A DNA stretch of 54,873 bases. It comes from Candidatus Parcubacteria bacterium (GTDB taxonomy: Bacteria > Patescibacteriota > Patescibacteriia > Patescibacteriales > UBA12075). The position numbers and the translations under genes were made by a program. Shown piece by piece: positions 46,980 through 54,873 of this stretch. The stretch is from the NCBI GenBank assembly GCA_023142915.1, contig JAGLIO010000028.1, positions 1-54,873 on the forward strand. Reading direction: 5' to 3'. A model generated the notes under the pieces. That model was not told the origin of the DNA. It made no database searches and saw nothing but the letters and a program-made list of their open reading frames with translations. Numbering within the stretch: position 1 is the first letter of the stretch; each line of letters begins with the position of its first letter.

Positions 46980-49900
46980 ATGCCAAGAGCATCTAAGTTT
47001 TTGTTAATACCTATTTCAGGTATTTTTTTATTTTTTTTCGGGTTGAATGTTGATTATGTTTCAGCGTCTTTAAGCGACGGTTTGGTTGGTCATTGGAATC
47101 TTGATAATGGAGAAACTATAGATTATTCAGGAAGGGGTAACAATTTAATTAACAATAATGCGATAAGCGCAAAAGGAGTATTTGGTATAGATGATACTGC
47201 TTTTGATTTCGAAAATGCCAATTCAAGCTATTTGTATATAGCAGATGATGACTATAATGGACTTGATGTTGTTGGTGATATGAGTGTGTCAACTTGGGTT
47301 AACTTTAAATCGCTACCTAATAGCAGATATGTTATTGTAGCTAAATATAATGAGAACATTGCTGAAAGATCCTATTTTTATTCTTTACAAAATGATGGTA
47401 TGGAATTTAAGCTACAAGCAATATTGTCCGCAGACGGAGTCGGTAATACTGTTCATTTACTTTCACCTTCGCATTTAATGGCAACAAGTACTTGGTATCA
47501 TTTTATTTGGGTTTATAATTCAACTGAGAGAACGGTAAATTTTTTTGTTGATGGAATAAATATTGGCGAAGCAAGCGGGGCACCAAATTCTTTGTATAAC
47601 TCAAATGTAACTTTTCAAATTGGAGGATATGCTCGTAAATGGCCAGCTTTTTATTTCGACGGCTCCATAGACGAAGTCCGAATCTACAACAGAGTCTTAT
47701 CCGAAGAAGAAATAGATGAGCTGTATAATCAATTTAACTCGCCGCCGCAGCCTGAAGATTTTTCTTTTGTTCATATGACAGATCCGCATATCGGAAGTAG
47801 TTGGATTCCGGGGCATAAGTGGTATGAAGAATTGTCTTATCCGCGTTTTACAGATGGATTATATGAAATTGGACAGCTGGAAGAAAAGCCTGATTTTATT
47901 TTGATGGGCGGGGATTTAGTTGAGTATGCTGAGTCAAGATGGCTTGGAGATTATCAGTCAATGATAGATAGTTTTACGGCGCAAACAAGTATTCCGGTTT
48001 ATGCAGTACCGGGAAACCATGATCGTTATATGTGGGCTACCGGCAGCGCTCTTTGCGGATTATCAGATGGTTTTAATTGTGATGATAAATTAGCAGAGTA
48101 TAAAAATCAAATTAATATTCCCGGGCAAGGGCTTGATGAAAATAATTATTTAAATCCAGACAACCCGCTTGATTATCGGTTTACGCATAAGGGCATACAA
48201 TTTATCGGTCTTGATACGGGAGCGGATTATATACCGGATTTTGAAATTAGGGATTTGTTTGTCAAAGTATCCGGCGATAAAGGCATAGAAGGAGACGGGC
48301 TTACAGATGAGCAAATGTCGGCTTTGGAAAATTTAGATTTAGAAACACCGAAAATTATTTTTATGCACCATCCGGTTTTAAGCGGCGGAAAAGATTATTG
48401 TTATGACAGTGAATGTCCGCAAAGCGTTTTGGAAGACGCGTCATTCGTAAATAATTATGACGAGTTTTTTAATTGGGCGGTAAGTTCAAATTTGCAATTA
48501 GCTTTAACCGGCCATACTCATCGGGCGGAAGTTTATGATGAGCATGATCGCCAATATGATAATATTGCCAAGGCGAAAAAACGCCCTTTATTTATTCAAA
48601 CCCAAAGCGCTACACATGATAGCTCTATCGACCATGGTTATCGTTTGGTGGATGTTGAAAGCGGTGCGGTTAATCCTCAAAACGCTTCCAGCACTAAAAA
48701 TTATATTAAATTAATCAGCCAATTAGAAACCGAAAGTAATCATGAATTTCGTTTATATGATTCTGAAGATGATTTAAAATATGTTAAAGTCGGCGATATA
48801 GATGGATTGTCAGCGCCGTTTTTTATTGCCTCAAGTTCAAAAAGAATATTGTTGTATGGCTTGGATGAAAATCGTATAAAATTGCAGGTATGGCAAAAGG
48901 ATGTTAACGACAAGAATTTTGGTTTAAATACTAAAATAGAAGGAGTTGTTTTGGATGATGTTGATTATGAAAATGATTTTGGGTATCGCATTGGCAATAT
49001 TTTTAAGCGCGATTTTGTTAATTTTCATTTGGAAAATAAGCTGGCGATGTTAAACGTAAAAAATATATCGTTTGAAGATAGCAATAAATATCAATTTGCT
49101 ATAAATTGGGATGATTTAATTGAAACAGAAGATATTAATAACTTAGAAGTAATGAATGATTTTGATCAAAATTCAGGAGAGATTTTGCAATTAAAAAAAC
49201 TTAAATATTCTATTATTGCCAAGCTTTTTTCTCCGGCAGAATTAGTTATAATTGATAATGACACAGGCAGCAGCACAGGAATTGTTAATCATGGATCAAT
49301 TGAAGAGATTGATTATTCTTTGAGCGATGAAGCGCGCGAACGAGTATTGATTTATGATGGCGAGGATTTAGCTGGCAAAAATTTTATTTATCGCGTGCGG
49401 GGACTGGAAGATATTTACGGCTCAGGCGATAATGATTTTAGCTTGAAAATTGTTTATCGCATTGATGATGAAAATGAGGAAGAAATAAAAGAAGTAAATA
49501 TAATCGGCATGCCGATTAACGCTTCAACAACTTATCAATTTTATGTTGATTGGGAGAATTTGTCAGATACTGGCGGCGTTATTATGGAAATTGACGAAGA
49601 CGGGGATGGAATTTTTGAAATTAGAGTTGAATTGGGGCAAGAAATTAATTCTGATAATCCTTATTGTTTAAGAATAAAAATGATTTTTGATTTGGAAGAA
49701 GAACTTGGAACGCAAGCAGATGAAAAAATTAATTTTATAATAGGCTTGATTAAAAAAAGCATAAATCCGGAGTGGTGGGACGGAGAGCATAAGCTGAATC
49801 AAGAAAATGGCGATAATGTATTTAAAACTGATTTAATAACAGTTCAAAAATTAAGATTGTTTTTAAGATTGGATTCTGTTTTTAGCGATAAAAAATATAT

Positions 49901-50165
49901 TCCGGAATTTATTGAAGATAAATTTGAATTGCCAGAAGATGTGAGAGCGGTTTTTGAGGATGTTTTGAACGGCTTATTAAATTCAGACATAACTTTGGTG
50001 CAATCGGCTGTAAATAGTTTTACGGAGGAAGTTGATTCCAAAAAAGATGAGAAAATATTAAAAAACGCAGAAAAGAAATTGGAAAAAGCTGATCAATTAT
50101 TGCATGATGAAAAAATACAAGTTGTGCAGTTTTGCCAACAGGCGTGGAGAGCGGTTAATTTTTAA
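46980..50165 (+). CDS. secreted LamG-like lectin + calcineurin-like metallophosphoesterase protein with a long uncharacterised C-terminal region
   Basis: Signal/anchor FLLIPISGIFLFFFGLNVDYVSA. LamG_3-type FDGSIDEVRIYNRVLSEEEIDELY. MPE motifs FVHMTDPHIG, GGDLVEY, VPGNHD and LTGHTHRAEV. Confidence 0.8.
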   Translation: MPRASKFLLIPISGIFLFFFGLNVDYVSASLSDGLVGHWNLDNGETIDYSGRGNNLINNNAISAKGVFGIDDTAFDFENANSSYLYIADDDYNGLDVVGDMSVSTWVNFKSLPNSRYVIVAKYNENIAERSYFYSLQNDGMEFKLQAILSADGVGNTVHLLSPSHLMATSTWYHFIWVYNSTERTVNFFVDGINIGEASGAPNSLYNSNVTFQIGGYARKWPAFYFDGSIDEVRIYNRVLSEEEIDELYNQFNSPPQPEDFSFVHMTDPHIGSSWIPGHKWYEELSYPRFTDGLYEIGQLEEKPDFILMGGDLVEYAESRWLGDYQSMIDSFTAQTSIPVYAVPGNHDRYMWATGSALCGLSDGFNCDDKLAEYKNQINIPGQGLDENNYLNPDNPLDYRFTHKGIQFIGLDTGADYIPDFEIRDLFVKVSGDKGIEGDGLTDEQMSALENLDLETPKIIFMHHPVLSGGKDYCYDSECPQSVLEDASFVNNYDEFFNWAVSSNLQLALTGHTHRAEVYDEHDRQYDNIAKAKKRPLFIQTQSATHDSSIDHGYRLVDVESGAVNPQNASSTKNYIKLISQLETESNHEFRLYDSEDDLKYVKVGDIDGLSAPFFIASSSKRILLYGLDENRIKLQVWQKDVNDKNFGLNTKIEGVVLDDVDYENDFGYRIGNIFKRDFVNFHLENKLAMLNVKNISFEDSNKYQFAINWDDLIETEDINNLEVMNDFDQNSGEILQLKKLKYSIIAKLFSPAELVIIDNDTGSSTGIVNHGSIEEIDYSLSDEARERVLIYDGEDLAGKNFIYRVRGLEDIYGSGDNDFSLKIVYRIDDENEEEIKEVNIIGMPINASTTYQFYVDWENLSDTGGVIMEIDEDGDGIFEIRVELGQEINSDNPYCLRIKMIFDLEEELGTQADEKINFIIGLIKKSINPEWWDGEHKLNQENGDNVFKTDLITVQKLRLFLRLDSVFSDKKYIPEFIEDKFELPEDVRAVFEDVLNGLLNSDITLVQSAVNSFTEEVDSKKDEKILKNAEKKLEKADQLLHDEKIQVVQFCQQAWRAVNF

Positions 50166-50232
50166 AATATATTGCATATTTTTTTAATTTAATATATTAT
50201 TATATTAAGCTTATATTGGTAAGCCTAAAAAA

Positions 50233-50329
50233 CTATAATTTTCCGAAGCGAGGTGAAAATCCTCCGCTGTCCCGCAGCTGTGATGTTTGTCTACAATAGA
50301 CAAGCTAAGCCAGAACGAGTTGATTATAG
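50233..50329 (+). promoter_or_regulatory. cobalamin riboswitch aptamer (short, AdoCbl-variant/class II-like)
   Basis: Closing helix ctataat/attatag. Core GAAGCGAGGTGAAAATCCTCCGCTGTCCCGCAGCTGTGA (50245-50283). 9-bp hairpin at 50285-50305. AGCCAG B12-box start at 50308. Confidence 0.75.
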
Positions 50330-50425
50330 CTTAATTAATTAATAAAACTCTTCGAGGATTGAGAGTTGGTTTTTAAACTAATTAGTTTCAAGCCATCTTT
50401 CCCTTTTTTAGAGGGAATTTTTTTT

Positions 50426-52216
50426 ATGAAAAAAAAGAATTTAAGCGTTATTATGTTATTAATTTTTATGATTTTTTTGTTAAGGCCGGTTTTTTCAATT
50501 GCCGGAGTAGATGACGCGATTACGTATTTAAAAGCGCAGGCTCAGGATTCTTGGATTACCCAGGCGTTAGCTGCGGCCGGTGAAACAACAATTGCGAATG
50601 ATCACTTAAAAAGCGTATCCGGTACCTTAGCAACGGATTACGCTAAAGCGATATTGGCAGTAGCGACCATAGGCGAAGATCCGGCTGCGTTTGGGAATAT
50701 TGACTATGTCGCAAAATTAAAAACTTATTACGCGAATAATCAGATGGGTGATGATGGATTGATAAATGATGATATGTGGTCAATATTGGCTTTAGCGTCA
50801 ATCGGAGAAGGAGCCTCTAACGAAGCCTTAAAAGCAAAAGATTTTATTTTGGATAACCAGAACGCGGATGGCGGCTGGGGTTATAGCGTTGGCGGAGATA
50901 GCGACACCAATGACACGGCAGCGGCAATAATTTCTCTTTTGGAAGCAGGAGTAAGCGAAACAGACGCTGTAATTATTAATGCTGTTTCTTTTCTCAGATC
51001 TGTTCAAAATGCGGATGGCGGCTTTGGCTGGACTCAAGGCTCAAATTCTGATTCCGGGTCAGACGCTTGGGTAATTTGCGCGCTGAACAAATTAAGTGTA
51101 CAGCCTGCCAGTTGGGAAAAAAACGGGCACAATCCGGTTTCGCATTTGGAATCCTTGCAAGACACGGACGGCGGATATTGGTGGGTTGCGCCCGGCGCAT
51201 CAGATTATAATAATAAGGCTATGACTACTTACGCTGTCATAGCCTTGAGCGGCAAGAGTTTTCCTGTTGCTTATTATTTAGGAGATTCATTGCCTGCTCC
51301 GGGCGAATATAGATTGCGTGTTGAAGGGGAGTTGAGCGCTATTTGTGATATTTCAATATACGGGGATAATGCGCTTGATTTGCTTATTAACGCGGCCGAT
51401 GAATGCGCTTATACTTATAATATTGAAGATACGTCGTATGGACCTTATTTAAATCAAATAAATAATGAAGCGGCAGAAGGGATGAATGGCTGGCTTTATT
51501 TCGTGAATTCCGTATCACCAACAGTGGGTTCCGCTGATTATGATTTAAGCGAAGGCGATGAAGTGTTATTTTATTATGGAGAATGGGGATGGAGTCCTGT
51601 TAGGCTTGTTATTGATAAAGAAATTATTGATTCCGGACAAAGCGTGAACGCGGCAGCAGAATATTTTCAGGATTCGCAGTGGAAAGCATTAGAGGGCGCG
51701 GTAATCAAAGGCGGCTCAGAGAATTATATTGCCGATTCCGCAGGTACTGTTATTATTACGCTTCCGGATGGTTTTTATTCTCTATATGCAGAGAAAGACG
51801 GTTTTGTTCGTTCAAATACTGAAGATTTAACGGTTGGAGACGGAATCGCGCAAAATATCAGCATGACTATTGAAATTGAACAAGGCGCAATACCAAATGT
51901 GGCCAGTGAGTCGCTAATTTTTGAAGTGAGTCCGGGACAATTGGATTTTGGAAAGACACAGCCGGGACAAGCTAGTGTTCAAACCGTAATTTTATCCAAT
52001 TCGGGAACAGTAAGTCTGGATATTACAGCGCTTGTGAACGGCGATCAGGTGTTTATTGATAATACTAAAATTAATAATAATCCTTGGAATCAATACCAGG
52101 AAAATCTTGAAGGAAGCGCTAATAAAGAGACCGAGGTAAACGTTGCCATACCTGAGAATTATACCGGTTCCGGAGTTAAAATCGGCGAGCTGATTTTTTG
52201 GGCAATGCCGAAATAG
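50426..52216 (+). CDS. secreted alpha/alpha-toroid (prenyltransferase/squalene-oxidase repeat) + DUF4430 protein, transcobalamin-like corrinoid-binding candidate
   Basis: Signal peptide MKKKNLSVIMLLIFMIFLLRPVFSIAG. Repeats NADGGWGYSVGGDSDTNDTAAAI, NADGGFGWTQGSNSDSGSDAW and DTDGGYWW. DUF4430 motif NGWLYFVNSVSPTVGSADYDLSEGDEVLFYYG. Then CarboxypepD_reg-like and beta-sandwich domains. Start at ATG 50426 with SD gaggga. Confidence 0.8.
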   Translation: MKKKNLSVIMLLIFMIFLLRPVFSIAGVDDAITYLKAQAQDSWITQALAAAGETTIANDHLKSVSGTLATDYAKAILAVATIGEDPAAFGNIDYVAKLKTYYANNQMGDDGLINDDMWSILALASIGEGASNEALKAKDFILDNQNADGGWGYSVGGDSDTNDTAAAIISLLEAGVSETDAVIINAVSFLRSVQNADGGFGWTQGSNSDSGSDAWVICALNKLSVQPASWEKNGHNPVSHLESLQDTDGGYWWVAPGASDYNNKAMTTYAVIALSGKSFPVAYYLGDSLPAPGEYRLRVEGELSAICDISIYGDNALDLLINAADECAYTYNIEDTSYGPYLNQINNEAAEGMNGWLYFVNSVSPTVGSADYDLSEGDEVLFYYGEWGWSPVRLVIDKEIIDSGQSVNAAAEYFQDSQWKALEGAVIKGGSENYIADSAGTVIITLPDGFYSLYAEKDGFVRSNTEDLTVGDGIAQNISMTIEIEQGAIPNVASESLIFEVSPGQLDFGKTQPGQASVQTVILSNSGTVSLDITALVNGDQVFIDNTKINNNPWNQYQENLEGSANKETEVNVAIPENYTGSGVKIGELIFWAMPK

Positions 52217-52250
52217 GCGCCAAGCATCGGGTGCTTTTAAGCAGGATGAT

Positions 52251-52763
52251 ATGAAAAAATTATTGTTAAATTTATTACTGATTATCAGCATATTGCTGCC
52301 GTTTTTTGGCGCGCGCGCGGCTGGTGTCAGCGTAAAACCTAAAGAATTAAATGTTAACGCGCAATTTGGAAAGGTTGTTGAAGCGGCGGTTTTGATAACA
52401 AATGTCGGAGATGAACCAGTGCTTTATCAAGTATATTCGGATTTATATCAAAAAAATATAGTTATCAGCCCAACTGATTTTCAATTGGAAGCAGGCGGCA
52501 GTCGGGAAGTAGCGATAAAAACGAAAATGTGGCGGAACGGAAAGTACGATTTTAATTTGTCAGTTGTCGCTCGTCCTTTAAATGCTTCCGGCTTGATAGC
52601 GGCTACGGGCGTTAAAATACCGATCAAACTCACTGTTTCAGGATGGTATTTTTGGGGTTTAGCCGCGCTAATGCTGTTTGTTGTTTTTGTGATAATTTTT
52701 CACCTCCCCATCTGCCGAAAAACCGTAGCGATTGTTTTTAGAAAAATCGCAAAGTCAAGGTAG
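52251..52763 (+). CDS. secreted beta-sandwich protein with C-terminal TM anchor, hypothetical
   Basis: Signal peptide LLLNLLLIISILLPFFGARAAG and C-terminal TM GLAALMLFVVFVIIF. Resembles the C-terminal domain of the upstream protein in pattern only. Confidence 0.6.
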   Translation: MKKLLLNLLLIISILLPFFGARAAGVSVKPKELNVNAQFGKVVEAAVLITNVGDEPVLYQVYSDLYQKNIVISPTDFQLEAGGSREVAIKTKMWRNGKYDFNLSVVARPLNASGLIAATGVKIPIKLTVSGWYFWGLAALMLFVVFVIIFHLPICRKTVAIVFRKIAKSR

Positions 52764-54055
52764 GGGGAGCGGTTTTTTATGTAATAGAGATCGTATTGTA
52801 TTTTTTTTAAAGTGTCTTCCAAAGTCGGGGAATGGTATTCATTGACTTGCGCCCAGCCGGAAAGTCCGGGTTTAACCAGCAGTCTTTCTTGGTAAAAAGG
52901 AATTTTCTCTTTTAAGCCCTTGATTAATTCCGGACGTTCCGGGCGCGGTCCGATAAAACTCATTTCGCCTTTCAGGATATTTATTAATTGCGGTAATTCA
53001 TCAATTCTGGTACGTCGCGTAAATTTTCCGAATTTGGTAACGCGCGGATCGTTTGTTTCGGTAATGCGGCCATCATTGTTTTCTTCGCGCATAGACCGGA
53101 ATTTGATTAAATTAAAAATTTTGTTATTTTTTCCCAGTCTTTTGCTAAGAAAAAAAATATTACCCTTGCTTTCAATTTTAATTATTAGCGCGATAATAAT
53201 CCAAAAAGGCATGCTGATAATTAAAAGAATTAAAGCTAGTATAATATCATAAAATCTTTTTAAAATGTTAAACCATTTTTTTTTGCCAACGCTGAGATTT
53301 TCCAAAAACCACATTTGGTTAATGGCTTCAATCGGAATTTTTCCAGTGATGGTTTCGTAAAAATTCGGCAAGCTGATGATGTTTATATTAAGCGGCAAGC
53401 AGGCAAACAAAGAATTTCTCAGTTCTCCGGATTGATGCGGGTCTGATGCCAGAATGATTGTTGATATTTTTTGCTGAGCAATAATTTTGTTCAGCTTTTT
53501 TGTATCGCTGGTTGTTATGATGCCGTGGATTTTATCAATTAAATTATCACCTACGATTAAAGCGACGCTAAGCCCCAGATGCGGTCTTTTGTTAAGGTAA
53601 TGTATAAGTTCCTTTACTTGGTTGTTGCATCCGATAAACGCGATTTTTTCTTTGGCAAGGCGTGAAACTAAAAGCCAATTAAATATTCTGCGCCAAAGAA
53701 AAAATAAGACAAGAAAAACAAAAAAATGAATTATCAGATTTGTTTTCGGAGCAATTGCTATTGCCGGATTAATATAGAAATACACAGCGCTTAAAAGTCC
53801 GGCAATACTGATTGAACGGACAGTGATTTGAAAAAATTTGGCGTTATTAACCGCTAGATGTAGATTATACAAATCGGAAATATAGAAAATAAGCAGCCAA
53901 AAAAGAAAAACCGTTGTAAAGGGCAATAAATGATTTTCCCAGTCAACAGCTTCAATAGCGCCTAAATTGCGAATATGCAAGGTTAAATATAGCGCGATAT
54001 AAAGAACCGCGATATCGCCGAATAGAAGAATGATTTTTTTTAATTTGTTGTTCAT
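52700..54055 (-). CDS. polyprenyl glycosylphosphotransferase (WbaP-like initiating sugar transferase)
   Basis: N-terminal TM helices and a central Rossmann-like domain. Bac_transf motifs KFRSMRE and RIDELPQLINILKGEMSFIGPRPERPE. Confidence 0.85.
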   Translation of the reverse strand: MNNKLKKIILLFGDIAVLYIALYLTLHIRNLGAIEAVDWENHLLPFTTVFLFWLLIFYISDLYNLHLAVNNAKFFQITVRSISIAGLLSAVYFYINPAIAIAPKTNLIIHFFVFLVLFFLWRRIFNWLLVSRLAKEKIAFIGCNNQVKELIHYLNKRPHLGLSVALIVGDNLIDKIHGIITTSDTKKLNKIIAQQKISTIILASDPHQSGELRNSLFACLPLNINIISLPNFYETITGKIPIEAINQMWFLENLSVGKKKWFNILKRFYDIILALILLIISMPFWIIIALIIKIESKGNIFFLSKRLGKNNKIFNLIKFRSMREENNDGRITETNDPRVTKFGKFTRRTRIDELPQLINILKGEMSFIGPRPERPELIKGLKEKIPFYQERLLVKPGLSGWAQVNEYHSPTLEDTLKKIQYDLYYIKNRSPYLDFAIFLKTIATVFRQMGR

Positions 54056-54193
54056 TAATTTAAATTTAGCAGATTTTTAGGGAAAATTCAAGGTGATTTT
54101 TATATGGTTTTTAAATTTTTTGTTTTGCAATAAATTCGTTTATCAGTCTTTAGCGAAATGCAGGCATGCGGGTTGATGAGCGGGCTGATTTTT

Positions 54194-54222
54194 TTGACTT
54201 TTTCCGTATTTTTTGTTAGAAT
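54194..54222 (+). promoter_or_regulatory. sigma70-like promoter with extended -10 (TTGACT-N17-TGtTAGAAT) for ybeY
   Basis: ttgact at 54194-54199 and tagaat at 54217-54222. Confidence 0.5.
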
Positions 54223-54292
54223 ATAACTAATAAGTTTAGAAAAACAGATCAACTAAATTCGTTTGAGTTGGTTAATTATCATTATTTATGTT

Positions 54293-54691
54293 ATGATTGA
54301 GATAAATAATAAAACAAAAGCAAAAATAGACATAAAATTAATTAAAAAAATTACAGAGAAATTTTTTGCTTATTATAAAATTAAAAATAAAGACGTGTCA
54401 ATCGCTTTTGTCGGAGACAGAATGATGACTCGCTTAAATAACAAATATCGCGGTAAAAACAAATTTACGGATATTTTATCTTTTCGGGGCGAGGGAGATG
54501 ATTTCGGCGAAATTATAATAGATTACGCCCAAATAAAAAGGCAGGCCGGAAAATTTTCCAAATCAATCAAGGATGAATTGATTTTTATATTAACGCATGG
54601 ACTTTTGCACTTGCTAGGGCACGAGGACAAGACGGCAGAAGGAAGGATAAATATTGAAAAAGCAGGGAATAAATTTGTTAAAAATTTATAA
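54293..54691 (+). CDS. ybeY: rRNA maturation RNase YbeY
   Basis: Zinc motif LTHGLLHLLGHED. Start at ATG 54293 (MIEINNK...). Confidence 0.85.
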   Translation: MIEINNKTKAKIDIKLIKKITEKFFAYYKIKNKDVSIAFVGDRMMTRLNNKYRGKNKFTDILSFRGEGDDFGEIIIDYAQIKRQAGKFSKSIKDELIFILTHGLLHLLGHEDKTAEGRINIEKAGNKFVKNL

Positions 54692-54705
54692 ATTTTAAAA
54701 TTTTT

Positions 54706-54873
54706 ATGAAATCAAGAACAGCAATAATTATTTTAATGGCAATAAGCATTTTTTGCTGTTTGCTTATGTTTTATTTGTTGAAAGTATCAAATCCTGTAAA
54801 AGATATCAGTGAAATAAAAAATTCTGATTATTCCAATTCTATTAAAATAAAAAAGAACAATCCAAATAATCCA
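54706..54873 (+). CDS. hypothetical membrane protein, 5' partial (runs off the window)
   Basis: ATG 54706, open for 56 codons to the window end. Hydrophobic N-terminus MKSRTAIIILMAISIFCCLLMFYLL. Confidence 0.4.
   Translation, partial: MKSRTAIIILMAISIFCCLLMFYLLKVSNPVKDISEIKNSDYSNSIKIKKNNPNNP

Noticed and set aside
1-54873. A scan for CRISPR arrays, tRNA/rRNA genes and UGA/UAG recoding.
   Set aside because: No regularly spaced direct repeats and no cloverleaf-like GC-rich 70-90 nt segments were seen. Motif-supported genes end at TGA/TAA/TAG in the standard code (for example Elp3 and the 19160 gene end in TGA), so there is no sign of stop-codon reassignment.

Overview
This is a visibly AT-rich, gene-dense bacterial window using the standard code (TGA is used as a stop). 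By inference it looks like a reduced-genome, CPR/Patescibacteria-like organism. All calls come from reading motifs in the supplied translations and the DNA; no searches were run.

Layout:
- 0-2 kb: a decayed tyrosine-recombinase region with a perfect 30-bp inverted repeat.
- 2-14 kb: housekeeping genes. These are GH1 beta-glucosidase, an Elp3-like radical SAM/GNAT, queA, rpmF, nusB, rnc, an MscS-family channel, an AbiE-type TA pair in reversed gene order with a perfect 24-bp palindrome, and a short smc with no hinge domain.
- 15-47 kb: one very large surface-glycan island. A ~20-kb same-strand run (19160-39541) converges on a minus-strand run (46801-39551). Together they hold 3 cobalamin-type (class B) radical SAM enzymes, 2 SPASM-type radical SAM enzymes, 7 SAM-methyltransferase domains, 4 GT-A, 3 GT-B and 3 GT-C glycosyltransferases. 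They also hold UDP-glucuronate decarboxylase, a DegT aminotransferase, a Wzx-like flippase, a GtrA/GtrB-like module and an FrhB-like protein.
- Insertions in the island: a second AbiE pair and an AAA/DUF4143 ATPase.

The most interesting signal is that the island is bracketed by candidate corrinoid-capture genes. On the left is an operon of B12-radical SAM, a DUF6580-like membrane protein and a DUF4430 lipoprotein, flanked by inverted copies of a 59-bp element. On the right is a sequence matching the cobalamin riboswitch core, directly upstream of a secreted protein with transcobalamin-like architecture.

Smaller features: a 13-bp terminator hairpin with a 5-codon uORF ahead of a 1061-aa LamG/metallophosphoesterase, and a probable -1 frameshift at an A6 tract. 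No tRNA, rRNA or CRISPR array was recognised.
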